Below, piece by piece: positions 13,178 through 24,860 of a DNA stretch of 64,000 nucleotides. The position numbers were made by a program, and so were the translations under genes. The number at the start of each line of letters is the position of its first letter. Positions within the stretch are counted from its first letter, which is position 1. The DNA is taken from contig OZ316891.1 in assembly GCA_973895155.1 (NCBI GenBank), positions 26,715,972 to 26,779,971 of the forward strand, in the 5' to 3' direction. The DNA is from Marsupella aquatica. Taxonomy: Eukaryota; Plantae; Marchantiophyta. A model generated the notes under the pieces. The model saw only the letters and a list, made by a program, of their open reading frames with translations. It ran no database searches and was not told the DNA's origin.

Positions 13178-13878
13178 TCAAGTTAAGGCAATAAACTATA
13201 GTACACACATATGCAGAGGTCGGTGTAATGTTTGACCCTAATTGTAACTTCAAAATCAATATAAGGTTACAAGTTAAGGCATTTTGGTACACACATCCGC
13301 AAGGGTCGGTGTATCGTTTGACCCCAGTTGTAACTTCAAAATCAATATAAAGTTACAAGTCAAGGCATCCTGGTACACACATCTACAAGGCTCGGTGTAC
13401 TGTTTGACCCCAATTGTAACTTATAAAATCAATATAAGGTTACAAGTTAAGGCATTCTGATACACACATCCGCAAGGGTTGGTGTATTGTTTGACCCCAT
13501 TTGTAACTTCAAAATCAATATAAAGTTACAAGTTAAGGCATTTTGGTACACACATCTGCAAGGGTCGGTGTACTCTTTGACCCCAGTTGTAACTTATAAA
13601 ATCAATATAAGGTAACTACAAGTTAAGACATTATGGTACACGCATCTATAAGGGTTAGTGTACTGGTTGACCCTATTGTAACTTCAAAATCAAAATTAGG
13701 TTATCCGGGAAGGTTACAAGTCAAGGCATTTTGGTACACACATCTACAAAGGTCTTTATGATGTTTGATCCCATTTGTAACTTCAAAATCAATAAGGTCA
13801 TAAGTTAAATCAATTGGTACACATATATTCAAGGGTTTGAATATTGTTTGACAAGTTGTAACTTAAAAACAAGGTTAT
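13178..13878. repeat. Tandem array of about 8 copies of an 86-bp unit with internal inverted repeats
   Basis: Units starting GTACACACAT begin at 13201, 13287, 13373, 13460, 13546, 13636, 13734 and 13817. Most units carry GGGTCGG..TTGACCC and TTGTAACTT..A(A/G)GTTACAA. Confidence 0.92.
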
Positions 13879-14390
13879 AATACTCTAGAGTTTACATTCC
13901 AAAAATCTAACATTCAATACCACTTCAAAACAATATTTTCATAACTGGACCCTTCCACATGTTAACATTGTAATAATCCTTGCATTAAACTTCAATGTAA
14001 GTTTCCCATGATCAAACCCTCGCTTATTCACCCCACCTTCCTCATGATCTTTCACCCCTACTTATATGATCCCATAAAATGGGATCCTTAGTAAAATGGG
14101 ATCTAATATTCTTTCCCATTTTACTTGTATGGCTTCGAGAGGTTGAGAAAATGCTTTATATGTTGCTTACCAAGCTTATTTTATTTTATTGTAATTAAAT
14201 TGCCTTTTAAAATATACCTAATACCCAAGCTGGAGATTTTTCAAATATTGATTTTTTTTCAAAGCCGACCTACTGCCCAAGTTCTTCTTATTCCTTAGGC
14301 ACCATAAAGGGCATAATCTAGTTATGTCAACATCCAAGCATGGATAGGTTTAGTTTAATATAGTTGCTTGTGTAGAGAAGTGACATTACT

Positions 14391-14640
14391 CTTCACACGA
14401 GGTTTCACACACAAAAGCAACATAGATCATTGGATTCAAAACATCTAATGGTGTAAAAGTTATTTTTGAGCTAAGAGACCACACGAGTATTCACACACAA
14501 CATGAATCTGGATGGTTGGATTCATAACATCTAATGGTAGGAAAACTCATTTTCAGTTGAGAGGCCACACAAGCCTTCACACGAGACTTCAGACACAAAA
14601 TGGATGTAGATGGTTGGATTCAAACCATCTAATGGCTGGA
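14391..14640. repeat. Three degenerate 87-99-bp tandem units, probably internal repeats of a non-autonomous DNA transposon
   Basis: TTGGATTCA(A/T)A(A/C)CATCTAATGG recurs at about 14430, 14516 and 14615. The third copy forms the hairpin AGATGGTT..AACCATCT. Confidence 0.7.
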
Positions 14641-17600
14641 TATTTACAGGGTGACGTGAAATTTTGACAGAATTTTCAGATTTACAGAAGTCTCTAACTG
14701 GACCCATAACAAGTATTCCATCTCAAGAGCAATTCTCTAGGAAAATCAAAATTTGTGCCCTGTTTTTCTAGTAGAAATTGTTATGTTGGTTCACGGGCCA
14801 TTCATTGTGGTGCTTGTTTCCCCCTACTGTGGGAGTTTTGCGATCTACTATAAACATAAAAATATTCTTGAAAAAAATTTGAGTTAATTTTGCTTTTGCT
14901 CATTGAACAAACTACTTGAGGCGCTATGAGTAAATTGTGAAGAGCTTAGTCTACACATAAGTTTATTTACCATAAAGGCCAGATAAGGCCTACAAATATC
15001 TAAACATACCTTATATATTTTATATTTTTTTATTGAACTCTAAAAAAATGGTTAAAGTGACTAGCTTGAGGGAATAGAATATAACGAGAATACACGGCTT
15101 GCAAAAAAGGATGGTACATGGTACCCTTGGATAGAAATGAAGAGACATGGTGCTTTTGACATGATACTTTTGGATAGTTGGACAGAAGTGATGATTTGAC
15201 AGAGTATTTTTGTACACAAGTGTAAAATATAGTATCCAAACATGTATGTGTGTTTGAATCAAGTCTATCCAAGTTTGGTTTGTCCATGGGGGCTTCATAG
15301 ACAACCTATCAATCCATTCTGGTTTTTAGTTCTATTATTCATATATTGTTACACAAAAATAAATTATGAGAAGGAAACCTTGCATTTAGTGTTGAGGGGA
15401 GGGGAGACCTTCCCGTGCAGTCCATTTTTAAATTAGCAATAATGGAATTCTTTTGTTATTCTCCTTTATTGGGTCTTTGGAATCCTCTGAGTTCAGTGGT
15501 TTTGCATTTTTTGTTCTTCGATAATCTGATCTATCTATTAACAACATGTACCGTGCATTGAGGGAAGAGAAGATAAACCTTCGATCTACCCTCTCTAAAC
15601 TAGTAAATTAATGTTTAGGCCATACCCAAATCCTCCTCATCCAGCCTTGTTTTTTTTATCTTCTTGTACAATATACATTCCTCAAAAGGAACTGGAGCTG
15701 CTCAAAGCAATGTGACCAGCTTTGTAACCCCAAAACATCAACTTATCTGCAAAAAACCAGGTGAGTCATCATATCACAAAAAAAAACCATGACTTACCTG
15801 CCCCCTGCCCTTGCTCACTCTCAACTCACTCCAAAGGGTGAAATCAGGGCACAATTCAAGTTCTCGGGGTGACTTGGCTTTTGGGTTTGACAGCAGGGTG
15901 TTTTGGCTCTTTTGCCTTGATAGAGTGATTTTCCCGGAGTAAAACAGTTAGAGCATCTGCACTAGTTTTCAAGCCTGCACCGTGAAAACCCAAAATAATT
16001 GCAGCCAATGGCAAGTCATGATCAGTTAGGGCTGCCAAACAAAAAAAAACCTGATCGACGCACCAGTCGCCTGCATTTTTGCCTCGAGCCACGACAATGG
16101 CCGAATAAGCATGGGAAGGGCTAGGGAAGCAAACATGCCCCACAGTGAGATCTCACCATCTGGGGTGAGATCTAGAGCTGGTCCCTATCTTTTTCGGCAG
16201 AAGGAAAATGAGCTGTTCGCAGCCCACCAAATCCCCAATTTGCCTGATATTATTGCAGGCCGGGAAAACTGTTTGCTGCTGCACCTGCAAAAGTTTTCAC
16301 AATCCCATGTGCTCGTGTGACCTCAATTTTTCCCTGACGGGAAAAAAACACTATCCTTTCCAGGCCGTGGGCCCAACAGCATGCTCTTATGAAGGTAAAA
16401 TGGAAACTCACCTTACCTGTAAACTCACCTTGAGAAGTCCATTCCTATACATATAAGTGCATACCCTAAAATATATTGTAGATTACTTGACTTGAGTTAC
16501 CCTATAAAGACTTACCTATAAACTCACCTGGAGATATCCATTCCTGTACTCATAACTCTAAAACATATTGTAGTATACTTGACTCGAGTTATCCTATATA
16601 CCAGATAATGTACGGATAGCTCTAACATATAGATTATTCTTTCTTCGATGGCACTTCAACCATCAGATGACAATCAACGGCTGAGCTATATCCCATTAAA
16701 AAGAAAGTCCATAAATCCAATTGGACTGAGACGAGCCTCTTCCGTACGGTCGTTTTCGTCGCCAATACAATATTCTGTCATTCTATCCATTCTATGGATG
16801 AGGGTGGGACCGAAATGACTCATATGGTACTGTGCCGGATCTCTGGTCGCTAGATAGTACCGTAAATACGGTGATACCGGACTGGAGACGTACACGCAAA
16901 CATAACTATAATAATTAGGAGTCGTTAATGCGAAGTCGTTTGACTTAAATTGGTTCAAATGCAGGATCCATTGATCCCTTGAAATGTGAGCGGCTTAGCG
17001 GCCACTCGGACGTACGCGATGCATCGTCCCGAGGCCTCTTGAAACGGTATTAATTAAGCGCCTTTGATTTTGCCGTACTCAGGCACGTGACCTGGTTGAG
17101 GGTGTGGCTCCGGGTTTCCATGCGCTATCCTATTATTGGATCCTCCGTGCATAGGGTCAGGACGAGACAAGCACGAATCTTCTGGGCGAGCGAATGGCGG
17201 CATTCGATGCTCTATCTATACAGTGGTCTTTCTCTAAGTGCACACTTTGTAAGTGAAAAACCTGAATGGATAATTACAAGGTGTCCCGTTCTGCCCTTGT
17301 CTCTTGTGATTTTGCACATTTTTTTGCACTTTTTGTAAGAGCGGAGAATGCTGCAGTACAAGTCATATACACAAGTGCAAGCCGTCTACACTGGTTTATG
17401 CATAATTGCACGTCATTTTAATGTAGAGTGAAATTTGCAATTTGGAGTAGGAGACCAGGTCTAGGGCAGTGCTGTACAATTTAGTCAGGAAGTCACTAGA
17501 GTGTCCAGAGTCCAGACATAGAGTGTTCTATGAGCTCATTGCACATTATACAAAGAAATCAAATTCATACGGCTGTTTCTGATTGATTCAAATTAATTCC

Positions 17601-19001
17601 AATTGTTTGCATACATGAAAATATTGGAAATCAGGTATGTGTGGGTGGGGTGTACTCATGGGAGTCAGTATTAGTTTCTGTTTGGCCCCTAGCTGGTAGC
17701 TTGGGTTCACTCTCAAGAGTCTCTACCCTCTATCTTATTATATATCGTAAACAGAAGCTACTTTTAAGTGTTACTATGTAGATTGAAGTCTCTAGAGTAA
17801 TTCAAATAAAGACAAAATATATAATAACTCTGAACGAGACAAATCAAAAGGTGCAAAAACAATAGATATGCAAAAATAAGGGAGAAGAGTTTAGATTTTT
17901 ATTTTTTTGTTTTCAATTCTATTTATGTTCAAAGAACGGGGGGTAGTCACTCTAGTGGGTTCCTATTCTTGTGTTTACATTACATACATTACAGAGGTGG
18001 GTTCCTATTCTTGTGTTTACATTACATACATTACGGAGGTGCATGCTCCAAAATAGATGGGTCTGCTTTGGGTTTCAAATCAATAAAAAATAGTACAAAC
18101 TCTAATTAAGTGCATCCAACTGGCTTCGTGCTGGGATTGGTGCAATTACATTGGTAGAAACTGTAGATCGCAACCAGTAGTACCGGTTAGGTTGACTGGC
18201 CTGCGAATGGGAGAAGGGAGGCAGGGTCGCTGGTATGCGTTCGAGATTGAATAGGGGTTCTTTAAAGGGGATGACGAAAATGGGTCACTCTTGGAGCATG
18301 TGCGTAAAACTTGCCTTAGCCATTGGGAAGGAGTTGGTGGGTCCGTTGGCAGGGAATTGCAATTCGCTCGCCAGTGTCCTTTTTGGGTGGGGCCAAGTAA
18401 GCCTTGGTGGCAAGTCATATAATTATGACAATAGGGGATACGGTAGGAAACTTCCCTTGGGCTCATTCATTCTTCTTTAATGTCTAAAGAAATTTACGGA
18501 TAGTGACAGAATTTGAGAGGCCTGATGTGAGAGAACCCTGATGCGAATGCAGGGGAACGAACTCCAATAGGCCATAGAGAATAATTTAAAAAATTCCGAA
18601 ATTAAGTTGTCTAAATCAGTGTCAGTTGTCGTTTCCAGATTTTCGCTACAATTATGTAGGAAAATAGTGATCACCAGAAATTAATGAAACCCATTTTTCA
18701 CTCTTGATTAAGCCATATGGATTTTGAGTATGGTATGTTAGGGAGAGGGTATCTAATGCTGACAGTAAATCTTCTTATATCTGGTGACCTGGGTCTCAAA
18801 GGAGTAAGGAAGTTGAAGAACTTTCCCTCTACATAGGTAGGTAGCCAACCCAAATTGCCAATAAGCAAAACACTATACAAGCATATGAGTCACCAATTCC
18901 ATAGAGGTTCGAACTTCAAGTGCCATATCCATAGTCTTGTTTGAAGATGCTTTTATGCACTCTGGCATGTTGGGATGGACCACAATGTTTGACCATGCAA
19001 T

Positions 19002-20310
19002 TGTTGAGTATTGTTCATAGTCTTGTGACTCTAAAGCTAACCATAATTAGGCTAACTCAGATTAGAATTTAACTAAGGTTAGCAGTGATGCATGCTAGAT
19101 ATAACGAGGGCTGATGTCAGCCCGTAGTGGATCTTCAGTTCATTGTTGGAGTGGAACAAGAGAGAAATAAAGGTCTCTTGCTTTCCCGTGGATGTAGCCT
19201 CAGTTGTGAGGTGAACCACATACTCATTGTGTCGACTACTTTGTATGGTGTTCACATGTGCGAATATGTGAGTACACGGTTGCATATGCAGTCGCTCGTA
19301 CACTCGCACCGCCCCTACACTCCCCCTCATAACCACATTACGGCCCTGTACGCCCCCTGGAGCGATACCCGTGTGCGCGTTTCACATGGTATTTTTGTTA
19401 AGGGGCCTTAAAACCCCCTTTTAGGGCCAATTTTTTGTTTTTTCCTCCCGACTCTTCTATTGGTTGTCCCGGGCCCGGTGACCCTCCATTTTAATCACTC
19501 TGACAGGGGGAACAGCCCCCTGTGAGCCCTACTGTATTGTGCGGGGAACATTCCAAAAAAACAGAGAGAGTATTTTTTGGCCATTACTCAAAGATTATGA
19601 GGTTAGAACGGTAACTTTTTTTGATCTTTTTTTGCGAGGTCGTAGCCACTGAAGTTAGCAATGCGGCGCACCAATTGAATCGCAATTCCAACGATGGGTG
19701 GTACTTGGCATTTTGGTTATTCCCTGTGGTGGTCAAAACAGGGGAGTTTCCCAAGGTATTACCCACCCCGACCAAAATTTGAATAGCTTTTTCGTCGGAT
19801 TTTGGTTTTGATTTTGATTTTTAGTGTTGGACTCCTAGCTTTGTGGGCTACGAGGCGGTGTTGAGTTTTGGTTTTTGAGATGTTACAAAATTAAACTGTG
19901 ATTTTCTCACATGAATGACTTGGAGGAGATTGGGAGAATCCATGTCGTAGAAGCTTCAGATTTGCGTCGATCAGATGTAGTGTTTGAGGAAGAGCTTGTA
20001 CCGTTCAAGGAGAAAGGAGTGTCACCAGTACGATCACTGGTGCAGCGAGTGGAGGAAGCAGTTATACTACCAGAACTAACTGTAGTTGTGAAGGAAAAAG
20101 AAATGGCTTCCAAGTTTGGAGATGTCAAGTTTGAGGTGGAAAAGTATGATAGGCGTATGGACTATTTGGTCTGGGAGAAGCAAGTGAAATGAATTCTTCG
20201 TGCTATGGGCCTAGATCAACTTCTCTCTACACGAGAGATGTACGATGGTGAAGAAGAGATTTCACTGAAGAGGTGGAGACAAGAACAAGTGATTCTAGTG
20301 AATGCGGTGT
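19002..20310 (+). mobile_element. Internally deleted, older Ty1/copia relic related to the element at 32809
   Basis: 19002-19260 is a diverged LTR (TGTTGAGTATTG..TAGTCTTGTGACTC..TTCCCGTGGATGTAGCCTC). About 19380-19910 matches the 5' UTR at 34170-34700. 19911-20305 encodes the gag N-terminus (KFEVEKYD..DYLVWEKQVK*) with a premature TGA. No PBS, pol or 3' LTR is seen. Confidence 0.88.
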
Positions 20311-22852
20311 TCACATGTACATGGTGTCTCAGGATATGGATTATCCCCAACGACAACTTGGATGGACCTTGCAACTTTTGGGACCCAAATGGTGACCATT
20401 TATACCCCAAAAAGAGAATTGTTTGTCAAAATGTTGTGATCATTTGAGCTTCTTCTGGCCTTTCTGCCTCAAAATAAAGATAACTTGGCCCATGACCATA
20501 GCTATGTGGTCACAATCTATTGTAGAGTTCATTCGGTTTTGACAATTATACATTATCATTGGACCATTATTGGGGACCCTCACAATAGCTAACTGAAGTT
20601 AAATCAAACATGACATACTCAACTAACATTTTCTTTTTCAACATTAGGCAGTCCTTGGCAAATTGCTTGTCCAGAAATTGAATGTCACAAGAAACTTTGA
20701 CTGCAGAGCTGGACCAGCTATGCTGCGAGATGCAAACAATCACAGGCATGGGATGTACATTTCAGAGTTTGATTTTGCAGCCTGTTATTGAGAATGAAAG
20801 TTGGTTGGGCAAGGAGGACTAGAACTCCCACAAGATTCCCCCAATTCTTACCTGGAAGGAGTATTTTATAAATAAATTTCCTAGGGGGAACAGTCCACAA
20901 CGGCAGCTATTCTTGAGAAACAATGACAGGAAAAGGAATCCCCCCAATTTTGATTTCTCTTAAGCAAGGACCCCGTTCCATGTATCTCTTGAAACCCGCT
21001 GTTGGCCCTCAATAAATTCACAATTGTGAACAATGCCTCAGCTGTAGAAAACCTCAAGGGGGTCGCCCTTTCAACAATGAGCTGCCTGGGGATGGCTCCT
21101 GTCTACATCTTGATAGCAGCCGACACTCAATGAGCCAATTTCAGAACATAGTTAAGTTACCAGGGTTACTAACCTAACCCTAGTTAGGAACCTTGTACCT
21201 ATTACCGTGATATATAAATAGCCCAGGGAGAATTTGGGGCAGTTGTTGGAGGTTACATTGAACACGTTATCAGCACCCGACTCTCCGAGACCGAGCAAGA
21301 GAAGAGGCTATGGCGATTTGAATCTAAAATCCAGACGAAAACTGAGAAATTAAGATCTTGGGTAAATTCTCGGGAAGAACTCACATAAGGATAGCACCCG
21401 GATCATTATTGGAGCAAAAAAAGAAGCAGTGAGCGACTCTGGCAAACAAGAATTCGTTAGGAAGAACGGCGATAGTCGGGTTCTACTTTTGACAATAGGG
21501 GTTGACAATGAGCCATCATTCTAGGCAAGGTCACACTTGCACCCCCTTGAGATTTTCACAATAATATGCTGCTACCAAAATTTCTTAGGCTTTTGAGCCT
21601 ATGAAGGTCTTGTCCACAGGGGCAATAATAGCCCCTCAAAACTCAAGATGAAACTTTCATTTTGGGGACATTATGGCCAATACCTGTAAACAGAAGTTTA
21701 TCATACATGGGGGTTCCACTTGTCAATGAGCCTTCTAGGATAGCTCACACATCTCTTTGGGTCCTGTGGTCATTTTGGGGGGGGCCATCACAATAATGGC
21801 CTGTTACCAGGGCTTTTCTATATGCATAATAATTTATGGGGGGTTCCACTCTACAACGAGCCGCCTAGAAATGCTCACTGAGCCACTCTCACAACATAAC
21901 TTATGGGTGTTCCACTCGAGAATGAGCCGTTCGGAACATATATTTTTTGCCATGAAATAGGGCACTCAGACCTGAATTAATGAGGTTGCCAAATCAGGCG
22001 ACGTATTTCCAGGGCTCATGAGAGGGACATGCAGACAAAAGAAAACTTTTTTGTGTGGAGGGAGAGAATTATGCAGATCTCCTTGCGTATCCGTGCTGAT
22101 CAAGTGACGCAATAATTTACCTTAGGGGAGAAATTGTGTGTATCCAACGTAAATGAATCTGATTACTATTATTGTCGTGGGTGATGAAAGAGTGAATGAT
22201 ACCTTTTTCTGTGCTTTTGTTGATTAGAAAAAGAGATGGGTGGGGAAAAGGCAAAAATTGTGTAGGATAATGGTGAATCCACCTTTCATATTTTGTCTTA
22301 TTAATATTTTAAGTCATACATATTTATTTTAATGTGCCTTTCCTAGGTGTATCGTTTGTGTTATATAGATAAGGAATGAATTTTGGGACCAGTTTATTTT
22401 GTTTGCTGTCCTAAAGTATTTTGAGTTCATTTTGACACCCCTATTAACTTTTTAATCTTTGCTATCCTAAGCATATACTTTACCACTAATTTTAAACTTC
22501 TACCAATTGAGAGAAAAAGTTTTCCATGTTCTCATCAGCCAAAGAAATGAATCTCAGAAGTGTGGACAACTAGTGTCTTAAGTTACTCATGATTATTCTA
22601 CTAAACTTATAATTTTGATTGAATTGATTGTCATTACCTCAAAGCAAGTGAATATGTGCAACTTTTCAATATCTTTATTCCATAGCACTTGATTTTTTCT
22701 CATCATTATGTGTATTTTTGTTTGTTTGTGCCCTACTTTTATGCTTGTATCTCACTCATCCTTCTTTGCATACACTAAACTTCTACTATTGTAAAAAAAA
22801 TTAGATCGCTTACACATGTTATTACAAGACAAAAAAAGGTGGACATACTCTA

Positions 22853-22992
22853 ACGAGAGGAGTGGGAGTGGAAAAGTGGGGATAATGCAAAGGGGACTAC
22901 GAGAGGAGTGGGAGTGGAGAAGTGGGGATAATGAAAAAGGGGACTACGAGAGGAGTGGGAGTGGAGAAGTGGAGATAATGAAAAAGGGGACT
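22853..22992. repeat. Three 46-47-bp G-rich tandem units upstream of the PHY leader
   Basis: ACGAGAGGAGTGGGAGTGGA(A/G)AAGTGG(G/A)GATAATG..AAAGGGGACT at 22853, 22899 and 22946. Confidence 0.9.
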
Positions 22993-24558
22993 ATGCAGCA
23001 CATTACCCGACTTACTACAGCATCACAGCATGGGCAAAAAGGGAGGAGAATGGATATGCCTCTGGCGAAGAAAGGTCTTGTTTGTGGCTGAGTGGATTGA
23101 GGGGCCGAAAGCGGATAATTGGAGAGGAAGGTGGTGGTCGAAAAGCGTCGAGCCACTTTTGTGGGCGGGATTTTCTTGATTTGCTTGCTGGCCCTTCTCC
23201 TTTACTTTGGAGCAGCAGCAGAAGCTGCAGCTGCAGAAGCAGCAGTGATGAATTCTGCAAATAGCAATCGCTACTGGCTGCTCTTGCGTCAGGAGGGGCT
23301 GAGCTGAGCTGAGCTGAGCTGAGCTGAAGGAATTGGATAGGAAAAGGAGCCATGGCAGAGGAGAACTCGCTACCCTTGACTACTGTAGTTTCGTAGGAGC
23401 AGTAGAGCTGCATCATCACTGTCGCCAGAGTACGATAGGCTTCATCATGATTACCAAGCTCTGGAGCGGCAGCAGCAGTGTAGATAGATGATAGGAATAG
23501 CAGAGCAGATCAGCAGTGTAGATTGACTAGCTCAGAGCAGACCAGAGGAGCAGGAAGAGGAGGAGAATGCATAAGTAGCGGCACTGCGGAAGCGGATTGG
23601 AGATTTGGTGAGGAGAAGACGAGGGCCGGCCCGGAAAGGGGAGGGTGGGGGACTGAATAACTTTTGTCTACCCACTCTTTTTGTGGCATCGTGTTTTTAC
23701 GTCGAATAGAACGCGACAAAAGGGGCAGTGGTTGTTGAGGAGAGTAGAGGAGAGGAGAGGAGAGGCGAGGAGAAGGAAAGTGGGGAGGAGAGCTGTGAGA
23801 AGGGGGAGGAAGAGGAGCAAGGTTTTTATTTATGGATGGCTTTGAAAATGGCGGCAGGGTAGACAAGGAGGGACGTGGACGACTGGGAGTCAAGTGAAAT
23901 GGGCCAACAACGGAGAGAGTAGTGTTGGGTTCTTCCGGTGCGGGAAAGATGCCTCCAGTGCCACATCGGGCGATGGCTGGAAACTCGTCGTAGTTGTGTC
24001 AAGTCAAGTTGAGCAGAGTGTGGTGGGAAAAGGAAGAAGTTCGACATCAGCAGAGACGGCAACCTTCTCCGTTAATCCAGCGTAGAGTAGGTAGAGCGAA
24101 GCAAGCGTTGGAGAAGAAGAAGAACAACAACAACATCATCATCCACTGACTTGGGACCTCGTGGCTTGGTATGGGTCTCGGTTTCTCATCAGCAAATCAG
24201 TCAATGTGACTCATAGGACGCAAGCGAGCAAGCAAGCTGAAGGGAAAGGAGTAATCCCTGCGTTCTATGATCCAGCTCAGCTAGCTTGGAGATCAGCCGC
24301 AGTAGCTGGGAATCGGAAGGGGTTTGGTTTGGTTGATACTTTTAGAGAAAAAGCAGAAGGCGGCCAGCCAAGGGGCTAAAGGGAGGAATTGGGATTGACC
24401 CAGTAAGGTGGATTGTGATTGCAATTGGGAATTCTGTGTGTGGGATTGTGAACAAGGTCGGAGCAACAGTTTCGGGTGGAAAGAAGGAGGTTGAGAAAGG
24501 AATCACTGCGAAGAAGAAGAGAATTGGATCAGATTAGTAAGCAGACGAGGTCGAGGCG

Positions 24559-24747
24559 ATGCGGGCTGATGAAACTCCTGCGAAGCGGAGAAGAAGCGGG
24601 ATGAGAGTGAGAATCGCACGGTGTAGGAAGAGGACCACCATCACTAGCAGTACTATTACCACTGCCGCCAACAGCAAAGACCATCACCATCATCAGGAGC
24701 TGCTACAGCAGAAGTACCAGGATCACCAGCAGAAGCAGAAGAATTAG
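24559..24747 (+). promoter_or_regulatory. Candidate upstream ORF (62 aa) in the PHY 5' leader
   Basis: ATG with G at -3. The stop lies 113 nt before the PHY ATG, with no ATG in between. Whether this region is part of the mRNA is not known. Confidence 0.4.
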
Positions 24748-24860
24748 CAGAGCTAGCAGCGACAGCTGCGGGCTCGTTTGGGCTGGGAGGTAGCGGTGGG
24801 GATCGACCGGACCACTACCACCACCACCACCACCGAGGGAGGGACGACTGGAGGGTGAAG

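Noticed and set aside
13178-13878. CRISPR array or hammerhead ribozyme array
   Set aside because: The units are contiguous with no unique spacers, there are no cas genes and the context is eukaryotic. No CUGAnGA/GAAA core was seen on either strand.
18100-18900. Degraded LINE fragment on the - strand
   Set aside because: Only a vague GDH-like peptide amid many stops; too weak to call without a profile search.
20900-21960. Old LTR/gypsy relic with recurring CAATGAGCC and GGGGTTCCACT motifs
   Set aside because: It is repetitive, but I found no termini, PBS or coding remnants to classify it.
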